This document shows, one piece after another, positions 18,369-26,424 of a DNA stretch of 32,000 bases. The position numbers and the translations under genes are program-made. The notes under the pieces are model-generated. The model ran no database searches and was not told the DNA's origin. It saw nothing but the letters and a program-made list of their open reading frames with translations. The DNA is from an uncultured archaeon (GTDB lineage: Archaea; Asgardarchaeota; Thorarchaeia; Thorarchaeales; Thorarchaeaceae): contig CAZYLT010000003.1 in assembly GCA_964648855.1 (NCBI GenBank), positions 60,001 to 92,000 of the forward strand, in the 5' to 3' direction. Each line of letters starts with the position of its first letter. Position 1 is the first letter of the stretch.

Positions 18369-19574
18369 TCAGGATAAAGCAATTCTCAAATTCTCCACCA
18401 ATTCATCATAGAGCTTCATTGGATCTGCAACATCAGTGAAGCCACCATTATACGCATCTCTGCTTCCGCCACCTTTCCCACCAAGGTTGGCTACAATTTC
18501 TTCAATATACTCAGAAGCTCCCTTTTCCAAGGAATGAGTCCAGAAGATGAGATTAGACTTGCTTCCGGGAGAGAAATACAGGATTGCTGTGGGTCTCTCA
18601 AAACTCATGGACATCAGAATCTCCCGCATCTGTTTTATTTCAAATCCTGGGAGAAACTCGTTTCTAAATTCAATACCATCTACCTCTTCGATATGTGGCC
18701 CTTTGGCAAGAAGCTTGCCTACTTTTTCTGTCATCTGTTCCATCTCTTCTGCAGTGCGCTTGGCCTTGTCTAGAACAGGTCCAATCTGATGCATTTGAAA
18801 GGGATAGGATTTCCTTCTCGGAAGAACCTGATTGTATATCTTTGATAGGGTACTTAGTGCATGTTCCCCAGTTCCGAACTCTACTCTAAGACCTGATTCA
18901 ACAGAGCTATAGTCCAGAATCTTGAAAGCGTGTATCTCTCCAGTATTGGACACATGCGTGCCTGAGCAAGCCGAATCATCAACTCCTTCGATTTGAAGAA
19001 TTCGAATTTGGCCATGTTTTTCAGTGACGCCTTCGCGTGCTCGTATTGATTGGTCCAAATCTGTGGATTCAATGTATCGAGTATTAACGGGTATCTCTCC
19101 AAGTATCCATCTCTGAACCAATTCCTCTGCAGTAAACAGATCGGATTCAGTAGGTGCTCCTTCAATCTCGATTGTTCCTTTCACACCGTCAATCCATAAG
19201 TATCCCAGTTCAGAGTCCGAATCTACTCTATTCATTGCACTCATGAAGAGATGTTCAGCTGTGTGATTTCTCATCATTGCTAGGCGCCAACCTTTGTCAA
19301 TATGAATCTCGCATTCTTGCTCGTCAATCGGCATTGAAGTGACGAGTGCTGTGCCATCATCAGCAGACACTGTGTTCGAGAAGGGGATTTCTTGACTATC
19401 TAATTTGATAATACCCCTATCTCCTGCTTGGCCTCCACCCTCAGGTCTTGCAACATCCTCGCTGATTCCTATTAGAAATTCGTCTTTCAGCTTGTTAGAG
19501 CTTACAATTCTTGCACCAAACACAAATTTGTACGGGTCTTCCCAATATTGGTATGTATCTTTCATGATAATCAC
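18369..19574 (-). CDS. alaX: Free-standing alanyl-tRNA editing protein AlaX-L with C-terminal DHHA1 domain
   Basis: PEGGGQAGDRG, Zn ligands MRNHTAEHL and ACSGTHV, C-terminal GGKGGGSR. Confidence 0.9.
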   Translation of the reverse strand: MIIMKDTYQYWEDPYKFVFGARIVSSNKLKDEFLIGISEDVARPEGGGQAGDRGIIKLDSQEIPFSNTVSADDGTALVTSMPIDEQECEIHIDKGWRLAMMRNHTAEHLFMSAMNRVDSDSELGYLWIDGVKGTIEIEGAPTESDLFTAEELVQRWILGEIPVNTRYIESTDLDQSIRAREGVTEKHGQIRILQIEGVDDSACSGTHVSNTGEIHAFKILDYSSVESGLRVEFGTGEHALSTLSKIYNQVLPRRKSYPFQMHQIGPVLDKAKRTAEEMEQMTEKVGKLLAKGPHIEEVDGIEFRNEFLPGFEIKQMREILMSMSFERPTAILYFSPGSKSNLIFWTHSLEKGASEYIEEIVANLGGKGGGSRDAYNGGFTDVADPMKLYDELVENLRIALS

Positions 19575-19743
19575 ATATTCTCAATTTAATGACGAATGTT
19601 TCTACTGCAATGGAAACAAATCCAAGATGACATGGATTGAAGCATTGAACCAGTCCTTTTCATCTATGAAGCTGAGCCGAAACCAATAAAGGATGTGCCT
19701 ATTTGCAATTACAAGTTCGTACATAACCATGAGGTAAGAAAAA

Positions 19744-20991
19744 ATGTTTGATTTCCTGAGAAGAGATCCAATCTCAAAAGCAAAAAAGCACGTGGAAAAG
19801 GCTTTGACAGAGGTTGAAGAAGATTATCCTGATTATGCCAGCGAGGAGTTTGAGAAGGCTGCTGATTTCTTCTTTGAGGGTGGCAGGTCAGATATGGCGA
19901 TTAAATACTTCCGAGAAGCTGCCTACTATGCACTTGTCCATGATGGTCACGTGAGAAGTGCACGGCTGAAGAGCAGGGCGGCAGAGATTCTCCTCATGGA
20001 TGCTAAGTTCAAAGAAGCAGGAAATATGTATGCTGAATCTTCAGACCATCTCTTTAGGGGGAAGAAGAACAAGGAATCTGTGCGAACCCTATCGCTTTCT
20101 GTGCTTTGTAATTTGGCTGCTAGAAACTTCGATACAGCTGTGAATCTAAGTAAGAAGACAGAAAAAAGGGCTACTGCAGGATCAGTTCGAAGTGAGTCTA
20201 TGTACGAGCTAGCGCGAATCTGCGTAGGGGTCTTAGTGGAAGGTTTTGATGTCGAATTAAAAGCTCTGAAAGAGGCAGTCGGCTCAGTAAAGGCAAAACA
20301 AGCCGAAACAGCACTGATTGATTTCTTAACCAAGTCTGTGAGTTTTGCTATGGAAACTGAGGTTGTAATTGAATGGGCGGGCAAGGATAGAGAGACTGTG
20401 AATGCAAAACAGCCCATTGAATTTGAACTCCGATACAACTCACCGGTTCCTGTTCGACCTGTGAACTACCGGTTTTCTCTTTCAAATAGCGTTGCCTTTT
20501 CAAAAGAACCAGAAATTGAACCAAAGCTAGCAAGCGAGGAGTCATGGCTTTTGGTTGTTAAACCGATCTTGAGTGGTACCGGTACTGTTGGGCCGTTCTA
20601 CTTGACTCTTGAGGGGAATGAGATGCTAGTGTACAAACACAGTAATCAAATTGAATTCGAAATCTCCCGTGCTCCCGCTGAATTGGAAATGGAACTGACT
20701 CCACAACGGATTACCTGTGATATTGGAGATGAGATTGTATTCGACGTAGGTTTGACGAACCGGGGGGAGGGAGCAGCGGAGAATGTCTGTGTGAATATCG
20801 AGTTGAGCGACGGGCTAGAGATTTCCCTTGGCAGTGATAAAAAGAATATTCAGTTCATAGGAAGTGGCGAGAAGATGCTCTTCCAGGTATATATCAGGGG
20901 TATTGATCTTGGTGATCAAATGGTACTGATTCGTGTGAATTGTACGGAATCAGAAGAGATCACTAAAGCTGCACAAGTAGATGTGGGCTGA
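19744..20991 (+). CDS. Alpha-SNAP/TPR-like helical repeats fused to two C-terminal Ig-like beta-sandwich domains; no signal peptide
   Basis: Helical repeats YASEEFEKAADFF, AIKYFREAA and EAGNMYAESS. The beta-rich C-half includes IGDEIVFDVGLTNRGEGAAENVCVNIELSDGL (CARDB/DUF11-like). Confidence 0.65.
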   Translation: MFDFLRRDPISKAKKHVEKALTEVEEDYPDYASEEFEKAADFFFEGGRSDMAIKYFREAAYYALVHDGHVRSARLKSRAAEILLMDAKFKEAGNMYAESSDHLFRGKKNKESVRTLSLSVLCNLAARNFDTAVNLSKKTEKRATAGSVRSESMYELARICVGVLVEGFDVELKALKEAVGSVKAKQAETALIDFLTKSVSFAMETEVVIEWAGKDRETVNAKQPIEFELRYNSPVPVRPVNYRFSLSNSVAFSKEPEIEPKLASEESWLLVVKPILSGTGTVGPFYLTLEGNEMLVYKHSNQIEFEISRAPAELEMELTPQRITCDIGDEIVFDVGLTNRGEGAAENVCVNIELSDGLEISLGSDKKNIQFIGSGEKMLFQVYIRGIDLGDQMVLIRVNCTESEEITKAAQVDVG

Positions 20992-20994
20992 AAC

Positions 20995-21750
20995 TTAATT
21001 GTTGCTACCCTCTCGTCGACGCTGTTTATGAATCTCTTCACGAATATCTAGACATGCTCCCATGACAGAACGAATTGTCTCTTCTTTATCGAAGCTCTTT
21101 AGCAGGTCATCCGCATCATCTAGTTTATCTTCTGCAAGTGCCTCGCTGAATGATAAGAGAGTAGTGAGCCACTCCCATCTTGTCTTATCTACAACTCTCT
21201 TTGCTTTCTCAATCAATTCTTTAGCTTTGTCCATTTTATCAATTGTAGCAAATCCCATGGCTGCTAGTGATAGGTCAATCACTGCTCTCTCTGCCTTTCC
21301 GGCATCCAGAGCCTTTTCTGACGCTTTTTCGTAAAGACTCCCCATATTCTTTGCTGCAGTCAAGAAATACTCGTCATTTCCTAGTTTATGACACGAAAAT
21401 GCAGCCCAGAGATAGGCTTGTGCTGCTGTTTCTGTCATTCGTTCGAGTAGAGCTTCCTTTGCAGCGTTTTCGTAGAGACTCAATGCTGTTCCAAAGTCAC
21501 TTATCTGCCGATATTGAGTTGCAGCTTCGAAATATGCCGTTGCTGCCGCTTTGTGGTCGTCTTTTTCTACACTGGCCTCGGCATACATGTGATAATATTC
21601 CGCAGCCTTTTTTGTCAAGTCAAAAACTCTGTCCAAGTAGCACGTGGATGCCTGCTTGAATCTGTTCGCTGCTTCATAATACTTCTCGGCCTCTGCAAAT
21701 TCACCTGCTAGACGTTCCCATTGTAGACATTCGTTTTCGGAATACATCAT
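20995..21750 (-). CDS. Alpha-SNAP (Sec17)-like / TPR-like helical repeat protein
   Basis: YYEAANRFKQASTCY, DDHKAAATAYFEAATQYRQ, ALSLYENAA, AAQAYLWAA. The start is probably ATG 21750 (GGAG upstream), giving 251 aa. Confidence 0.65.
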   Translation of the reverse strand: MMYSENECLQWERLAGEFAEAEKYYEAANRFKQASTCYLDRVFDLTKKAAEYYHMYAEASVEKDDHKAAATAYFEAATQYRQISDFGTALSLYENAAKEALLERMTETAAQAYLWAAFSCHKLGNDEYFLTAAKNMGSLYEKASEKALDAGKAERAVIDLSLAAMGFATIDKMDKAKELIEKAKRVVDKTRWEWLTTLLSFSEALAEDKLDDADDLLKSFDKEETIRSVMGACLDIREEIHKQRRREGSNN

Positions 21751-21776
21751 AATCTTGCTCCAACAACCACTAGATA

Positions 21777-21795
21777 TGGAGTATACTATACTCCA
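21777..21795. promoter_or_regulatory. 19-bp palindrome in the promoter region of the SNAP-like gene; candidate operator
   Basis: TGGAGTATA-C-TATACTCCA, 26 nt upstream of ATG 21750. Confidence 0.45.
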
Positions 21796-21877
21796 CCTGA
21801 TATGACATTGTGGCATAGAAATATGTTATGTGTCTGAATACATGTTAGGTTTCTGGAGAATAACATCCTATTTTGAG

Positions 21878-23146
21878 CTATTTTTTCAATTCAGCGATTA
21901 TCTCTTTTGCTCGCTCAACCTTGATTTTCTTCTCTTTTATCAGACGTTCGGCCACTCTTCCCACCAGCTCTCCTCTCGCTCCAGCTGTTGAAGCAACGTT
22001 CCGGGCATGAAGTGACATATGCCCCTTCTGAATTCCTTCAGATGCTAATGCTCGTAGTGCGGCTAGGTTCTGTGCAAGTCCGACACTCGCTATGACATGA
22101 GCTAATTCTATGGCTGTTTCAACGCCAAGAATTTCAACGCAAGCCCTCGCTACTGGATGGACCTTTGTAGCACCACCAACAAGTCCAACCGCCATTGGGA
22201 TCTCAATGGAACCAATCAGATGACCTTCATCATTCTTCTCGTATTTGCTCAAAGAGCTGTATCCGCCCAAAGATGCATACGAATGCGCACCCGCCTCGAT
22301 GGCTCTGAAATCGTTACCTGTTGCAACGACCACTGCATCAATTCCATTCATGATTCCTTTATTGTGAGTAGCACAACGATAGGGATCTGCCTCAGCAAAA
22401 GCCCAGGCAGCAATAATGCCATCAACAACTTCCTCTCCGCCAAGCATCTCCTTGTCAAACGTGGCTCTGACCCTAACCAGTCTCAAGTCGGCAAGATTTG
22501 AAAGAATTCGCAGGAGAACTCTACCTCCAGACAATTCCTCTATCATGGGCGCAAGTGCTTCGGCCATGGTATTGACTGCGTTGGCACCCATAGCGTCTCG
22601 AGTATCAACTATAAGTTCGGTGATTACCATAGGACCGACATGAGAGTCAATGACTTTGACTCGTACATCCTTTGCTCCGCCGCCAAACTTGACTAGGATT
22701 GGATCTTGCTCATTGGCTAGTTCAATAATTTTCTTTTTGTTCTCCAGAATCCTATTCTTGGCAAAGAAGGGGGCGGATACATCGACAGCTTGAATTTGAG
22801 CAATCATGACTGGTCCCGTGTCGGTAGCTTGGAAGCCGCCATGTTCTCTTGCCATTCGAGCAGCATTGCTGGCTGCTGCTACCACCGATGGTTCCTCTAT
22901 GGCCATCGGAATTAGGAAGTCCTTGTTATTCACAACGAAGTTGGTGGCGATTCCCAGAGGAAGTGGCATAGAGCCTATGACATTCTCAATCATATAATCA
23001 AGGATCTCCAAATCCACCTTACCCGGACTTATCAGCGGCTCAAGTGTTTCTGCATCGATGCCGGTTACCTCCTTGAGCTTTTCAATTCTATCTTCGCGAG
23101 TCAATTTGTAGAATCCTGATATTCGTGAATCTTTGACCATTTGCAA
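21878..23146 (-). CDS. mvaA: Hydroxymethylglutaryl-CoA reductase, class II
   Basis: IENVIG, EEPSVVAAAS, DAMGANAVN, RILSNL, ATHNKGIMNG, GNDFRAIEAGAH, EGIQKGHMSLH. Confidence 0.95.
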   Translation of the reverse strand: MQMVKDSRISGFYKLTREDRIEKLKEVTGIDAETLEPLISPGKVDLEILDYMIENVIGSMPLPLGIATNFVVNNKDFLIPMAIEEPSVVAAASNAARMAREHGGFQATDTGPVMIAQIQAVDVSAPFFAKNRILENKKKIIELANEQDPILVKFGGGAKDVRVKVIDSHVGPMVITELIVDTRDAMGANAVNTMAEALAPMIEELSGGRVLLRILSNLADLRLVRVRATFDKEMLGGEEVVDGIIAAWAFAEADPYRCATHNKGIMNGIDAVVVATGNDFRAIEAGAHSYASLGGYSSLSKYEKNDEGHLIGSIEIPMAVGLVGGATKVHPVARACVEILGVETAIELAHVIASVGLAQNLAALRALASEGIQKGHMSLHARNVASTAGARGELVGRVAERLIKEKKIKVERAKEIIAELKK

Positions 23147-23485
23147 TCCCTCTCAAAATCCCCTTTACAATGCTAATAAGAATGATGATTTTGATTCGAA
23201 GGCAGAGCCATATTCAAGCCACAAGAAACGAGCTCATGGGTGGATGAAAAATGGTGTATGATGGACCCGTTGCAGCTGATTATTGCCCTTGAATATTTGA
23301 AATATCAAATACTGAGGTACGATTATTTCGCGCTTTTGAATGAGCTCATAGCCTCTCATTGATTGTCTTCTGGGGACCTCGGTTATCCAGGAGATACGTA
23401 ATGACCGACACCAATAACCAACTAAGAGGACTTACCCACACTCAAGCCGCTATCGTCATGGCCACTGTGTGCTTTTTTGCATATC

Positions 23486-23797
23486 TTAGCCGCCTGTAAT
23501 AGGTACCATAATGATGAACTCGTCGGAATGCTCAACCGTGTCATATTCATCATCGACAAGTACAAAACCTGTTTTATCAAAATAGCCTACTTGGTCCCCA
23601 CCTTGTACCACAACACACCCATCCAATCTATCAATGCGGCGTCCGGCCATAGTAGAAAATCTGCCATGCATCTCGGCATCTGCCAATAGCATGTCCATTA
23701 ACTTGCTCAGAGTGGTTTCCCCCTCTTCAATCTCAAATTCTCTTTGGTATCGAATGAACGGATGGACTATTTCGATTTTCACCTTGGATTTTGACAT
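23486..23797 (-). CDS. Beta-grasp ubiquitin-like protein (MoaD/ThiS/SAMP family) with C-terminal GG
   Basis: VKIEI strand, TTLSKLMDML helix, C-terminal DEFIIMVPITGG-stop. Start at ATG 23797 or 23809. Confidence 0.8.
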   Translation of the reverse strand: MSKSKVKIEIVHPFIRYQREFEIEEGETTLSKLMDMLLADAEMHGRFSTMAGRRIDRLDGCVVVQGGDQVGYFDKTGFVLVDDEYDTVEHSDEFIIMVPITGG

Positions 23798-24051
23798 AGC
23801 AAAAGGCATCTCCGGCTTTTTTGGGCAAGTGTCATTCTTTTCTTGAGGTCTGTGGTCTCTGAATCAAGAAACTATGACCGTTTATGTTTATTTTGAAAGG
23901 ACTGTCATTCTTATTCTCTCTCTTGAGATTCCCAATATTGACTAGAGATTGAGAAGAATAGCAAGGCCATATGCTGTTGATTGGGTCTTGCAAATGTACA
24001 AGGCACTAGACTTAAGTTTGGCTCAGATGAGCGTAACTATGGTGTTGCACG

Positions 24052-25560
24052 ATGAGCACTGAGAATGATTTCAACGAGGTTATTACAGCCTTAGCCAAAA
24101 AGAGAGGTTTCTTCTGGGGCCCTTCTCCTGAGATATACGGTGGGGCTTCCGGATTTTATGATTTGGGCCCTCTGGGGAAGCTGTTAAAAAATAGACTAGA
24201 GAAAATCATTCGTTCATCATTCGTGAAATCCAGCTTCTGGGAAATCGAAGCGCCCACTGTTTCTCCTGAGATAGTCTGGGATGCTTCAGGTCACTTGGAG
24301 GGATTCATGGATCCGTTAGTTGCTTGCGAGAAGTGTGGGCAGACGTATCGTGCTGATACGCTGATTGAGGGACATCCAGAGGGTGAAGCCTTGAAAGGGC
24401 TCTCTTTGGAAGAGATGTCTGAGAAGATTCAGGAATTGGAAATCAAGTGCCCCTCTTGCGGAGGCCATTTTGGGCAAGTCAAAGAATACAATCTGATGCT
24501 CAAGACGCATTTGGGATTGGATCAAGTTGCCTACTTACGTCCTGAAACTGCAACAACTTCCTATCTATTGTTCAAGAGGCTTTTGACATTCTTTAGAAGA
24601 CAACTCCCCATTCAGATTTTTCAAATTGGAAAAGCCTATAGAAACGAGATTTCGCCTCGCCAAGGTATGCTGAGGCTCCGAGAATTTACTCAAGTGGAGG
24701 GTCAGATCTTCCTACTGGAGAACGAAAAGGATGATTGGTCTGATATCAAGGAGATTGAAGATCAGAAGCTACCGTTGCTACCATACCAAACACAGGAACA
24801 GGGCTCTGTTGATGTGTCGAGCATCTCAGTAAGGAAGGCTTTGGAGAAGGGATATTTCCAGAATCCAGCATATGCATGGTGTGTCTATCTTGCTTTCAAG
24901 ATGTTTGATGACATGGGATTCGATCCAAAACAAATCCGCCTACGACAGCATCTACTGAATGAGAGAGCCCATTATGCCGCTGATGCCTGGGATATTGAAG
25001 TAAAGACCCGAAGCTTCGGTTGGGTTGAATGTTGTGGCGTACACGATCGTGGGAGTTATGACCTTGCACGTCACAAAAAGTATTCAGGCGAGCGACTTCA
25101 CATTAAGGTGAACAAGAAACCTGTGGTTCCTCATGTGCTTGAGATTGCTTTTGGCGTTGAACGACCATTATTCTGTTTGATGGACAATGCATACGCCGAG
25201 GATGAGGAACGAGTCTGGCTGGAATTCGATCCTCGCGTGGCTCCAATTCAGGTTGCTGTCTTCCCTCTCCTTACCAAAGATAAGTTAGAAGAGCCAGCTC
25301 GAGAAATCTATGATGATATTCTTGAGAGTGGACTGATTACACAATACGACAATGGTGGCTCAATCGGACGCAGATATCGACGTCAAGACGAGGTGGGCAC
25401 TCCATTCTGCATCACAGTTGACTTCGATACGCTAGAAGATGGAACGGTAACGATAAGAGAACGTGATTCAATGGAGCAGGTCAGAGTCCATCGGGACAAT
25501 TTGGTTCCGACACTTAAAGAATTGATTCAGCATCTGATTGAATTCTCTGAGCTCGAGTAA
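24052..25560 (+). CDS. glyS: Glycine--tRNA ligase (alpha2, archaeal/eukaryotic type)
   Basis: YLRPETA, QIGKAYRNEISPRQGMLRLREFTQVE, ERAHYA, VLEIAFGVER and anticodon domain GSIGRRYRRQDEVGTPFCITVD. Confidence 0.97.
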   Translation: MSTENDFNEVITALAKKRGFFWGPSPEIYGGASGFYDLGPLGKLLKNRLEKIIRSSFVKSSFWEIEAPTVSPEIVWDASGHLEGFMDPLVACEKCGQTYRADTLIEGHPEGEALKGLSLEEMSEKIQELEIKCPSCGGHFGQVKEYNLMLKTHLGLDQVAYLRPETATTSYLLFKRLLTFFRRQLPIQIFQIGKAYRNEISPRQGMLRLREFTQVEGQIFLLENEKDDWSDIKEIEDQKLPLLPYQTQEQGSVDVSSISVRKALEKGYFQNPAYAWCVYLAFKMFDDMGFDPKQIRLRQHLLNERAHYAADAWDIEVKTRSFGWVECCGVHDRGSYDLARHKKYSGERLHIKVNKKPVVPHVLEIAFGVERPLFCLMDNAYAEDEERVWLEFDPRVAPIQVAVFPLLTKDKLEEPAREIYDDILESGLITQYDNGGSIGRRYRRQDEVGTPFCITVDFDTLEDGTVTIRERDSMEQVRVHRDNLVPTLKELIQHLIEFSELE

Positions 25561-25585
25561 CCATATGGGTATGACAATCCCTTGG

Positions 25586-25819
25586 CTATTTGAGAGGGCC
25601 ATGTCTGCGGGCGTTTGGAAAGAGGTCTTGAATCGTGGTTTGAAGATTATCCTTGTTAACTACGGTTCCCTTCATTTTCAGTGAATTCCAGACTTCATCT
25701 GTCATTTCGCGGACTGTCTTTCCAGTGTATTCAAATTTGTCAACCTGTCGACCTTGAAACGTGAGCTCCAATACATCCTGCTTTTTGCTGAGACTATACT
25801 GCGTTCCTGTGATTCTCAA
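25586..25819 (-). CDS. Small basic hypothetical protein (77 aa)
   Basis: Fills the gap between glyS and usp. TTG start with GGAG upstream. Globular-looking beta-beta-beta-alpha-alpha pattern. Confidence 0.65.
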   Translation of the reverse strand: MRITGTQYSLSKKQDVLELTFQGRQVDKFEYTGKTVREMTDEVWNSLKMKGTVVNKDNLQTTIQDLFPNARRHGPLK

Positions 25820-25949
25820 TTCTCTTCATCTCCAACTCTATACTCTCTTTTTGTTTGGGATTTTATGTATTTAACTGATTTTCTTCATCTCGATTTTTTG
25901 AGAAAGAAGTATAAGGTTGATAGTTGAAGCATAACTCAGAGGGTTGCTG

Positions 25950-26393
25950 ATGAGTGACGAAACCAAACCCGTTCAAGTAAAGACAATTCTTGTTGCAGTC
26001 GATGGCTCAGAGCATTCAGAGAAGGCGGTCAGATATGCCTGCGCGATGGGGCCTCCCTTGGAGGCTGAAGTCATTCTTCTTCATGTTGTGCCGATGCTTG
26101 TTTCAGCTACCCCTTATCATGACACGGTTTCTGACCAGCCTTTCTTGGCCCTCCAAAAAGTGGGAGAAGATATCCTTGCAAAGGCGAAGGAAATCGCAGA
26201 TAACTGTCCTGTGACCGATATGATTGACCATGGTGACCCCGCCCAACGGATTATGGAGATAGCAGAGGAAAAGAACGTTGATTTGATTGTTATGGGTTCT
26301 AGAGGTGTCAGCGGTATCAAGAGGCTTTTCGTGGGCTCAATCTCGGACAAGGTTGCGAACCAGGCACCATGTCCGGTTATGATCGTTCGCTGA
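25950..26393 (+). CDS. Universal stress protein (UspA family, ATP-binding type)
   Basis: ILVAVDGSEHS, GDPAQRI, DLIVMGSRG(x)9GS, APCPVMIVR. Confidence 0.95.
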   Translation: MSDETKPVQVKTILVAVDGSEHSEKAVRYACAMGPPLEAEVILLHVVPMLVSATPYHDTVSDQPFLALQKVGEDILAKAKEIADNCPVTDMIDHGDPAQRIMEIAEEKNVDLIVMGSRGVSGIKRLFVGSISDKVANQAPCPVMIVR

Positions 26394-26424
26394 CAAACAT
26401 GCAATTCCAGGCTCCTGCGAGAAG

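Noticed and set aside
21751-21816. Longer start for the SNAP-like gene
   Set aside because: The extension is non-protein-like and covers a palindromic promoter element. GGAG precedes ATG 21750.
25823-25891. 10-bp direct repeat TCTTCATCTC (25823, 25882)
   Set aside because: Only two copies in a pyrimidine-rich tract, one being the RBS complement. It is not a CRISPR or iteron array.
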